From the human T2T-CHM13v2.0 reference genome, Homo sapiens: a stretch of DNA of 64,000 nt. The notes under the pieces were generated by a model. The model made no database searches. It was not told the origin of the DNA and saw nothing but the letters and a program-made list of their open reading frames with translations. Positions 1-12,000 of the stretch are shown here, in pieces. Positions within the stretch are counted from its first letter, which is position 1, and every line of letters begins with the position of its first letter. The translations under genes were made by a program, and so were the position numbers. The stretch lies in assembly GCF_009914755.1 (NCBI RefSeq), contig NC_060935.1. One strand, given 5' to 3'.

Positions 1-3000
1 CTGCGGTAAGAGGGCTGCCTTCTGGGCTTGGAGCCCACCCACTCTGGCCAGGGCGCATGGTCCTCAACCTGCCTAACCCGCCCCCAGGTCTCTGTGGGAA
101 CTTCAACAGCATCCAGGCCGATGACTTCCGGACCCTCAGTGGGGTGGTGGAGGCCACCGCTGCGGCCTTCTTCAACACCTTCAAGACCCAGGCCGCCTGC
201 CCCAACATCAGGAACAGCTTCGAGGACCCCTGCTCTCTGAGCGTGGAGAATGGTACGGGTGTCCACGGCTCGCCTCTGTGCTGGCCGCCTGGCGCTGGTT
301 CACCCGCTTCCATTTGGCACTGCAGGCAGCGAGGCTGGCCCTGCGTGTGCCTGTGAGCCGGGTGGGGTGGCTTACGAAGGGGCCCAAGGACAGGCTCATG
401 GTGGGCGCCCACCCCAGCTTATGTGGAGCTTCAGGAATGTGGGGCATCTGCTTCAGGGTCAAAGAAAGGGTACAAGTCTCTGTTGGTCAACATCCGCCCT
501 GACCGCCTACCCCTGCACAGGGTGGAGTGGTGGGGACGTGGGGAATGGATTCACCCACTCACCCACCCGTTCACCCATTCACTCACTCACCCACTCACCC
601 ACTCACCCACCTCACTCGCCGACTCAACCATTCACTCACCCATTCGCCCACTCACCTCACTCACTCACCCACTCACTCACTCACCTCACTCACTCACCCA
701 CTCACTCACTCACCTCACTCACTCACCCATTCACCCATTCACTCACTCACCCACTCACCCACTCACCCACCTCACTCGCCGACTCAACCATTCACTCACC
801 CATTCGCCCACTCACTCACCTCACTCACTCACCCACTCACTCACTCACCTCACTCACTCACCCATTCACCCATTCACTCACTCACCCACTCACCCACTCA
901 CTCACCCATTCACCCATTCACCCACTCACTCACCTCACTCACTGACTCAACTATTCACTCACCCATTCGCTCACTCACTCACCTCACTCACTCGCCCACT
1001 CACCCACTCACGCTTTCACCCACTCACCTACTCACTCACCCACTCACCCATTCACCCACTCACTCACCCACTCACCGACTCACCCATTCACCCACTCACC
1101 CACTCACTCACCCACTCACCGACTCAACCATTCACTCACCCATTCACCCATTCACTCACTCGCCCACTCACCCACTCACCCATTCACCCACTCACCTACT
1201 CACTCACCCACTCACCCATTCACCCATTCACCCACTCACTCACCCACTCACCGACTCAACCATTCACTCACCCATTGCCCACTCACTCACCTCACTCACT
1301 CACCCACTCACTCACTCACCTCACTCACTCACCCACTCACCCATTCACCCATTCACTCACTCACCCACTCACCCATTCACCCATTCACTCACTCACCCAC
1401 TCACCCATTCACCCATTCACTCACTCACCCACTCACCCATTCACCCATTCACTCACTCACCCACTCACCCATTCACCCATTCACTCACTCACCCACTCAC
1501 CCACTCACTCACCCATTCACCCATTCACCCACTCACTCACCTCACTCACTGACTCAACCATTCACTCACCCATTTGCCCACTCACTCACCTCACTCACGC
1601 GCCCACTCACCCACTCACCCATTCACCCACTCACCTACTCACCCACTCACCCATTCACCCATTCACCCACTCACTCACCCACTCACCGACTCACCCATTC
1701 ACCCACTCACCCACTCACTCACCCACTCACCGACTCAACCATTCACTCACCCATTCACCCATTCACTCACTCGCCCACTCACCCACTCACCCACTCACCC
1801 ACTCACCTACTCACTCACTCACTCACCCATTCACCCACTCACCTACTCACTCACCCACTCACCCATTCACCCATTCACCCACTCACTCACCCACTCACCA
1901 ACTCACCCATTCACCCACTCACCCACTCACTCACCCACTCACTGACTCAACCATTCACTCACCCATTCACCCATTCACTCACTCGCCCACTCACCCACTC
2001 ACCCACTCACCTATTCACTCACTCACTCACCCACTCACCCATTCACCCATTCACCCACTCACTCACCCACTGACTGACTCAACCATTCACTCGCCTATTC
2101 GCCCACTCACTCACCTCACTCACTCACCCACTCACTCACCTCACTCACTCACCCACTCACCCATTCACCCACTCACCTACTCACTCACCCACTCACCCAT
2201 TCACCCACTCACCTACTCACTCACCCACTCACCCATTCACCCATTCACCCACTCACTCACCCACTCACCGACTCACCCATTCACCCACTCACCGACTCAC
2301 CCATTCACACACTCACCGACTCAACCATTCACTCACCCATTCGCCCACTCATTCACCTCACTCACTCACCCACTCACCCACTCACTCATCCATTCACCCA
2401 TTCACACACTCACTCACTTACTCACTCACTCAACTTACTCACTCACCCACTCACCCATTCACTCATTCACCCACTCATCCACTCACCCACTCACTCACCC
2501 ACTCACTCACCCATTCACCCACTCACTCACCTACTCACTCAGTCACCTCACTCACTCACTCACCCATTCACTCACTCACTCACCCACTCACCCACTCACC
2601 CATTCACTCACCCATTCACCCATTCATCCACTCACTCACCTCACTCACTCACTCAACTTACTCACCCACTCACCCATTCACCCATTCACCCCCTCACTCA
2701 CCCACTCACCCACTCACTCACCCATTCACCCATTCACCCACTCACTCACCCACTCACCCACTCACTCACCTACTCAACCACCCACTCACCCACTCACTTA
2801 CCCATTCACCCACTCACCCACTCACTCACCCATTCACCCACTCACGAACTCACTCACCCACTCACCCACTCACTCACTCACCCATTCACCCACTCACCCA
2901 CTCACTCACCCATTCACCCACTCACCCACTCACTCACCCACTCATCCATTCACTAACTCACCCATTCACCCACTCACCCACTCAACACTCACTCACCCAC

Positions 3001-6000
3001 TCACCCATTCACCCACTCACCCACTCATCCATTCACTCACTCACCCACTCACCCACTCAACACTCACTCACCCACTCACCCATTCACTCACTCACCCATT
3101 CACCCACTCACCCACTCGCTCACCCATTCACCCACTCACCTACTCACTCACTCACTCATCCACTCATTCACTCACTCACTCACTCACTCACTCACTCACT
3201 CACTCACTCAGTCATTCACTTCGCCTTCAGAGCTTGGGTGCCAGCCGTGGGGAGGTGGGATCCCATTTGCTGGTTCTGGCCTTCTTCCTGCAGCCTGGGA
3301 AGCCAGGGTCCAGTGAGCCCAGTGGAGGGGCCAGAAGGGCCTTGGTTTGTCTGTCCACAGTGGTGGTCACTAGCGTCCCTGGAAGGCGGCACTGTGAGAG
3401 GCTGTGAGGGGCTGGGTGGGACATGCAGGAAACGAGAGAAGCCTCGGTTCTGGATGTTGTACCCTGCGTTTGGGGGAGCTTTTCCTCGGGGAGGGCGCCA
3501 CACCACCCAGGCTGAGTGTGTAGCAGGATGAAGGGCCCAACATCAGACTGCCCAGAGAAGCTGGCACCCCAAACCCCACACCAGAGGCCAAGCTGGGTGG
3601 GATGAGTGTGCTGCCTGATCTTAATCCTAACCCTATCCCTCCTCTGTCCACAGAGAAGTATGCTCAGCACTGGTGCTCGCAGCTGACCGATGCCGACGGC
3701 CCCTTCGGCCGGTGCCATGCTGCCGTGAAGCCGGGAACCTACTACTCGGTAACATCTGCCGCCTCTTGGCCCGGTGGGGCTCCAGCCACTGAGCCTCACG
3801 GCTGCCTCCAGGAGGGCTGGGAGGGCACTGGTGGGCTCAGCAGGCAGGACTAACCTTTCTAGGCTGTGATGGGCACCAGGGGCTGGAACCCAGTCTGTCT
3901 GTCCAGCTCCATTCCCCACATCCCCACCCACCCATTCACTCATTCACACATTCACCACTCACCCACACACTCACCCATTCACCTACTCACTCACCCGTTC
4001 ACCCATTCACTCACCCACTCACTCACCCATTCACCCATTTACCCACTCACCCATTCACTCACTCACCCACTCATCCACCCATTCACCCACTCACTCACCC
4101 ATTCACCCATTTGCCCCCCCACTCACTCACCTATTCACCCATTTACCCACTCACCCATTCTCTCACTCGCCCACTCACCCATTCACTCACTCATCCACTC
4201 ACCCACCCATTCACCCACTCACTCACCCGTTCACCCATTCGCCCCCCCACTCACCCATTCACTCACTCATTCACTAACTTACTCACTCACTCACTCACCC
4301 ACTAGCTCTTTCACTCACTCACTCACTCATTCATTCACTCATATCTTCACTGACTCATTCACTCATTTACCCACTCACTAATTCCTTCACCTACTCATCT
4401 ACTTACTCATTCACTCATCCGCTCACTCATTTACTCACTCATTCACGAATTTCTTCACTCATTTACTCATTTACTCACTCACTAATTCCTTCACTTATTC
4501 ATTACTCACTCACTCATCCACTCACTCACCCACTCACTCACTCATCCACTCACTCACTCATCCACTCACCCACTCACTCACTCATTCCTTCATTCATTCC
4601 TTCACTCACTCATTCACTCATTTACTCACTCACTAATTCCTTCACCTACTCATTCATTCATCCACTCATCCACTCACTCACTCATCCACTCACTCATCCA
4701 CTCACTCATCCACTCACTCGCTCATTCCCTCATTCATTCCTTCACTCACTCATTCACTCATTTACTGACTCACTAATTCCTTCACCTACTCATTCATCCA
4801 CTCACTCACCCACTCACTCATCCACTCACTCACTCATCCACTCATTACTCATCCACTCACTCATCCACTCACTGATTCCCTCATTCATTCCTTTACTCAT
4901 TCACTCATTTACTCACTCACTAATTCCTTCACCTACTCATTCATTCACGCACTCATCCACTCACTCACTCACTCATCCACTCACTCATCCACTCACTCAC
5001 TCATCCACTCACTCGCTCATTCCCTCATTCATTCCTTCACTCACTCATTCACTCATTTACTGACTCACTAATTCCTTCACCTACTCATTCATCCACTCAC
5101 TCACCCACTCACTCATCCACTCATTACTCATCCACTCACTTACTCATCCACTCACTGATTCCCTCATTCATTCCTTCACTCACTCATTCACTCATTTACT
5201 CACTAATTCCTTCACCTACTCATTCACTCACTCATTCATCCACTCATTCACTCACTCACTCATCCACTCACTCACTTATTCCCTCATTCATTCCTTCACT
5301 CATTGGTTAACCATGTTTATGGCATTTTTCTTGCACTTCCAGCCCTACACTAGGCCCAGGGGCTAAACTTCAGGGGTTTGTTGCCCACCTGGCCCCAGGG
5401 GCCAAATGAGAATTAGGCCAAGGCTGAGCTGATGTGCTGTGTCTGAGGCAAGCTGGTCTTGGCTGGACCTGTTGGGTCACAGAGATGAAGGATCTGGTTC
5501 TCCCAGTAACCCCTGCTCTGCACAGTGGTTCTGCTCCATGACATGCCAAGCAATTCTGCTGAGGGGGCAGGATGCCTGTGAGGACTCACAGAGGGGTCCT
5601 GGGGGCAGGAAGACCTGGGATGGGAGGACCCTGGCTGCTGGATGTGTGGCCTGCAGGGCGTGGGGGGCCACCAGGTGTGGGCTGGGGTCTCTGATGCCCC
5701 GATGACCCCCTTCCCTGCAGAACTGCATGTTTGACACCTGCAACTGTGAGCGGAGCGAGGACTGCCTGTGCGCCGCGCTGTCCTCCTACGTGCACGCCTG
5801 TGCCGCCAAGGGCGTGCAGCTCGGCGGCTGGAGGGACGGCGTCTGCAGTGAGTGCCTGCCAAGCCCAGCCCCTTTCCCTCGCTGGGTGGCCGCGGGTCTT
5901 GGGGTGCCCCCAGTGTGCACAGGTTGCTCTAAGGGCCCCCGTCCTCTGTGCTGGGCTTGAGGGCAAGGAGCGCCCAGGTCAGTGTGGCCTTGGACCCGGC

Positions 6001-9000
6001 CGAGGAGGGGAGGGGAGGGTAGCCGAGAGGGCTGGGCTCACTCACTGCTGGCTGCCCACTGCCGGGCTGTGTGTCCTGAGAATCCCCTCTTCCTGGCATC
6101 CCGCAGCGAAGCCTATGACCACTTGCCCCAAGTCAATGACGTACCACTACCATGTCAGCACCTGCCAGCCCACCTGCCGCTCCCTGAGCGAGGGGGACAT
6201 CACCTGCAGTGTTGGCTTCATCCCCGTGGATGGCTGCATCTGTCCCAAGGGCACCTTCCTGGACGACACGGGCAAGTGTGTGCAGGCCAGCAACTGTCCC
6301 TGCTACCACAGAGGCTCCATGATCCCCAATGGGGAGTCGGTGCACGACAGCGGGGCTATCTGGTAAGAGCTCCCGCTGTGGACTGGGGGGGTCCCTCGTG
6401 TCTCCTGGCCCAGGCTGAGGCTCTGACCACCATCTCCTCACAGCACCTGCACACATGGGAAGCTGAGCTGCATCGGAGGCCAAGCCCCCGCCCCAGGTGA
6501 GTGCCAGAAAGGAGGCACTGTGGCCCCCAGCCTCCTCATCTCTATAAGAAATCCTGAAAAATGGCTTCAGGGTTAGCCCCACCACAAGTCAGCGGGGCTG
6601 GTGGTTGTCCATCAGCTGCTCAGTGTCAGGCATGGTTTGTGCCCTCTAGGCAGCAAGGGGGAAGAAGGGAGGGTGTGGGCGCACATATGACACTCACACC
6701 CACTCATGCACATGCTCACACACCCACTCATGCACACGCTGACACGCCCACTCATGCACACACACCCATTCATGCACACACTCACACTCATGCACATGCT
6801 CACACACCCACTCATGCACACGCATTCACACCCTCATGCACACGCACTCACACCCACTTATGCAACACTCACACACCCACTCATACACACGCACTCACAC
6901 CCACTCATGCACACACACCCATTCATACTCATGCACACGCTCACACACCCACTCATGCACACACACCGTCATGCACCCACACTCATGCACACGCTCACAC
7001 ACCCACATGCACACGCACTCACACCCACTCATGCACACACACCCACTCATGCACACGCACTCACACCCACTTATGCAACACTCACACACCCACTTATGGA
7101 CACGCTCACACATCCACTCATGCACATGCTTACACACCCACACATGCACACACACCCACTCATGCACACACACTCATACTCATGCACACACACTCACACC
7201 CAGTTATGCAACGCTCACACCCACTCATGGACACGCTCACACACCCACTCATGCACATGCACTCACACCCACTCATGCACACGCACCCACTCAATGCGCA
7301 CGCACATGGCACAGACACGTCCTCCCTGAACACATGTTTGAGGCACCGCAGCAGCCTGTGGCTGGGCCCCCTGACGGCCCCTCCCTCCCCAGTGTGTGCT
7401 GCGCCCATGGTGTTCTTTGACTGCCGAAATGCCACGCCCGGGGACACAGGGGCTGGCTGTCAGAAGAGCTGCCACACACTGGACATGACCTGTGTAAGTC
7501 CCTGAGGACTCCCCAATGACAGACCCTCCATCTGCCCCTGCCTGCTAAGGGCGCCTGTCCCCAGGGTGGGCAGTGGTGAGCCTCTGACACATTAGGCCAT
7601 GGGCTGCCCCACGTCCCAGAGGACCCCTGCCCATGCGCTCCCGGACTCCCTGGTCCTGTGGTCCCTCCACTGTGGTGTGGGTGAGCTGTCCCTGGGAGGA
7701 CCTGGCAGGCCCCGTGCCCTGCCCCATCACTCAGTGGTGTCTGCTGGCCCTGCAGTACAGCCCCCAGTGTGTGCCTGGCTGCGTGTGCCCCGACGGGCTG
7801 GTGGCGGACGGCGAGGGCGGCTGCATCACTGCGGAGGACTGCCCCTGCGTGCACAATGAGGCCAGCTACCGGGCCGGCCAGACCATCCGGGTGGGCTGCA
7901 ACACCTGGTATGCCGGGGGCTCAAAGCCCATGGGGGGTGTCAGGCCCAGGAAACCAGAGGCCCTCCTTAAAGACGGGCGAGCCCCCAGCACAGGGGTCCC
8001 GGGAAAACGCAGGGCACAGACTCAGGGCTGGACGCCACCAGCAGCCCCAGCCAGGGAGGCCCAGTGGGCGCGTGTCTATGGTGCCAGGTCCCCCCAGGGG
8101 TAGGAAGGCTGCACCCAGTCAGGCAGGCACCCTGTGTGTGCTCTAGCCTGACCCCCAGATGTCCCCCAGCACCTGTGACAGCAGGATGTGGCGGTGCACA
8201 GATGACCCCTGCCTGGCCACCTGCGCCGTGTACGGGGACGGCCACTACCTCACCTTCGACGGACAGAGCTACAGCTTCAACGGAGACTGCGAGTACACGC
8301 TGGTGCAGGTGAGCCGGCGCGTTTGGGGTCCTCACGGCGGCCCCCGTGGCCCGAAGCTGCTCACTGCCTCTCTGCGGCTGCCCCAGGGTGCACACAGGTT
8401 GTCCCCGCCTCATCCTCCTTGCGGGAAGGAGGGCAGGGCCTGCCTGGTCCTTGATGGCCTCTGCTTCCCCAGAACCACTGTGGCGGGAAAGACAGCACCC
8501 AGGACTCCTTTCGTGTTGTCACCGAGAACGTCCCCTGCGGCACCACAGGGACCACCTGCTCCAAGGCCATCAAGATTTTCCTGGGGGTGAGCGAGGCTGG
8601 GTGGTCGCATGCCCTCCAGGAGGCTCCCATGGCAGCGTCTGGTCAGGTGGGCTGGGGTTCTTGCTGGGGGCCCTGAGTGACCCCTTGCCATGCAGGGCTT
8701 CGAGCTGAAGCTAAGCCATGGGAAGGTGGAGGTGATCGGGACGGACGAGAGCCAGGAGGTGCCATACACCATCCGGCAGATGGGCATCTACCTGGTGGTG
8801 GACACCGACATTGGCCTGGTGCTGCTGTGGGACAAGAAGACCAGCATCTTCATCAACCTCAGCCCCGAGTTCAAGGTGAGACCACGCCCCTCGTCCAGGC
8901 CAGGGCCGGCTGGAAACCTGGAGGTGGGGAGCGTGGAACAGGTGGGCAGAGACGAGAGGCACAGAGACACAGAGAGAAACACAGAGATGGAAGCGGGGTG

Positions 9001-12000
9001 GGAAGTGGGGGGGACGGAGCCTTGGCAAGGGCAGCGGGTCAGGAGACTCCTTGGCTGGGTGTCAGTGTTCTGGGGCTAGAGCAAAGGCCCGCACCCTGGC
9101 GGATTTGCCCGCAGCCTGGACACTGGAAGTCCAGCAGGGCATCCACAGGGCCGAACTCTTTCAGAAGGCTCTGGGGGCTCCTTTTGGCCCCTTGCATCTG
9201 CCGGGGTCCCCAGCGCTCCTTGGCTGTGGCCACATCACTTGGATCGCCGCCCCGTCTTCACGCAGCCTCCTCCCTGTGACTGGGTCTAAGTTTCCCTCTT
9301 TTATAAGGACACCAGGCATTGGATTCAGGACCCACTCATTACCTCAGTCTGCAAGACCCCATCTCCCAGTGAGGTGCCATGCATAGGCGCCGGGGTCAGG
9401 ACTTAGGCGGGTCCTTCGAGGCCACGTCAGCTTCTTTTTCTCCAGGAGGGGCTTGCCTCTGGCTCCGGCCCTCGGTGCTCAGCTGCACTGCCCGGGGCCT
9501 CCCCAGGTGTAGCTGGAGGTGGGAAGGAGGAAGCAGCACCTGTGGTCGCTGTTGGCCACCTGGGTGGGAGGAGGCGGCCGCAGGGCAGGGTGGCCCTGGG
9601 TGGGAGGAGGCGGCCTAGGGGCAGGGTGGCTCTGGCCTTCTCGGTTTGCTGCACCCACCTCCACCTCTCCCGGTGCCTCTGCAGGGCAGGGTCTGCGGCC
9701 TGTGTGGGAACTTCGACGACATCGCCGTTAATGACTTTGCCACGCGGAGCCGGTCTGTGGTGGGGGACGTGCTGGAGTTTGGGAACAGCTGGAAGCTCTC
9801 CCCCTCCTGCCCAGATGCCCTGGCGCCCAAGGACCCCTGCACGGCCAACCCCTTCCGCAAGTCCTGGGCCCAGAAGCAGTGCAGCATCCTCCACGGCCCC
9901 ACCTTCGCCGCCTGCCACGCACACGTATGCTGGCCGGGGGGCGTTTCTCTGGGCCCAAGGGGGTCATGGTGACCCAAGGAGCCCCCAGAAGGGAGAAGGG
10001 AATGGGGTCTGGGAGACAGCTGCCAACCAAGGGTGTGGGCTGCTGGGACTGGCGCTGGTATGGACTCGCCTAGAGGGGCTGGGCTTCCAGCTCTGACACC
10101 TGTCAGCTATGGTTTCGGGGCCCTGGGGGGTGTTAACCCCAAGGGCTGCCGAGGAAGCCCCAGGCACTGTGGATATCCAGATGGGCCCAGCCGGCCACTT
10201 GGGGATGGGCATTCGCCCTCCCTGAGCTCCACTGGAACTCGGCCCCGGTCAATGTGCCAGCATGGGCCCGGTCCCCAAGAGCCCGCGGGGTGGGTGGGGG
10301 GGTCCCTGGAACCTGAAGCCCCGTCTCCCTCAGGTGGAGCCGGCCAGGTACTACGAGGCCTGCGTGAACGACGCGTGCGCCTGCGACTCCGGGGGTGACT
10401 GCGAGTGCTTCTGCACGGCTGTGGCCGCCTACGCCCAGGCCTGCCATGAAGTAGGCCTGTGTGTGTCCTGGCGGACCCCGAGCATCTGCCGTGAGTGCGA
10501 GTGGGCACCTGGGGAAGAACAGGAAGCGCCGGCAGCGTGTGCCCCACCACACTCGCCGCTGATGCGTGGGGTGTGGGGCGGGTGGGGAAGGTTTCCAAAT
10601 AAACAGAAACACCTGGGCCCAGAGAGGAGGGCGTGGCTGACAGAGGGGTCCCTGGCATGGTAGAACGTTCTGGGCAGAGGGGTCAGCAGAGCTGCCCAGC
10701 TCTAGAGAGGAGGGCGTGGCTGACAGAGGGGTCGCTGGCATGGTAGAACATTCTGGGCAGAGGGGTCAGCAGAGTTGCCCAGCTCTAGAGAGGAGGGCGT
10801 GGCTGATGGAGGGGTCCCTGGCATGGTTGGGCAGAGGGTTCAGCAGAGCTGCCCAGCTCTAGGGAGGAGGGCGTGGCTGACGGAGGGGTCCCTGGCATGG
10901 TTGGGCAGAGGGTTCAGCAGAGCTGCCCAGCTCTAGGGAGGAGGGCGTGGCTGACGGGTCGCTGGCGTGGTAGAACGTTCTGGGCAGTGGGGTCAGCAGA
11001 GCTGCCCAGCTCTAGCCCACACGGAGCCTTGCCGGGAACGGGCACTGCTGGATCTGCTCTGACTGGAGACCCCACTCTGGTGGCAGCCTCCGTGGCACCC
11101 TGATAATTGGGGGGTCCCGATCTGGCCCACCCTCCCCTGTCCCCATCTTGTGATGGCCGGGAGGTGCAGGGGAGGGAAGCGGCTTTAGATCAGCCCTGGG
11201 GTGCGGGGCCTCTGCGAGTGAGTTCCTGGGACCCCACCGAGCCCTTCCTTCCTCCCTGCAGCTCTGTTCTGCGACTACTACAACCCCGAAGGCCAGTGCG
11301 AGTGGCACTACCAGCCCTGCGGGGTGCCCTGCCTGCGCACCTGCCGGAACCCCCGTGGAGACTGCCTGCGGGACGTCCGGGGCCTGGAAGGTGGGCTGGG
11401 GCCGGTCGGGAGGGGTGGCCAGGGCTCCGCCGCCTGTGGCCTTCTCCTGGCCCCTCGAGGAGCCTCTGTGGCCCCAGCTTCCAGCACATTCTGGTGCTGT
11501 CGGCGAGGCCCGCTGCTTGGGGGCTGGGCGGAGCCCTCCAGAGCGAGGTGGACGACACTCGGTCTGGTTGTGACTCTGGCCTCTTTGGCCCACAGGCTGC
11601 TACCCCAAGTGCCCACCAGAGGCTCCCATCTTTGATGAGGACAAGATGCAGTGTGTGGCCACCTGCCCAACCCCGCCTCTGCCACCACGGTGCCACGTCC
11701 ATGGGAAGTCCTACCGGCCAGGTGCAGTGGTGCCCTCGGACAAGAACTGCCAGTCCTGGTGAGTCCTTTGGGGGGAGGAATATGGAGCCTGCAGCATGCA
11801 GGGGAATTTGACCACGGCCTGGGCTTTGGGTGGGGCTGGGAGCGGCAGGGCTGGGGACCTCCCCGTTACTGGAGTTGAAGCTTGGGTCCTGTCCTGGCCC
11901 AGGCATCTGTGACATCAGCTTCTCAGGGACCAGCACCCCCATGTCCTGAGTCCCAGAGGCGGGACTGGGTGTAGGGCTCCTCTGGGCAGAAAACCAGCAC

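Noticed and set aside
423-3407. 994-aa His/Ser/Pro/Thr/Leu-rich ORF (and overlapping 341/231-aa ORFs) in intron 15
   Set aside because: Starts at GTG and is open only because the G-poor CACT array rarely forms stop codons; low-complexity shadow.
6561-7505. His/Thr/Ala-rich ORFs over intron 19
   Set aside because: Translation of the CA-rich minisatellite running into exon 20.
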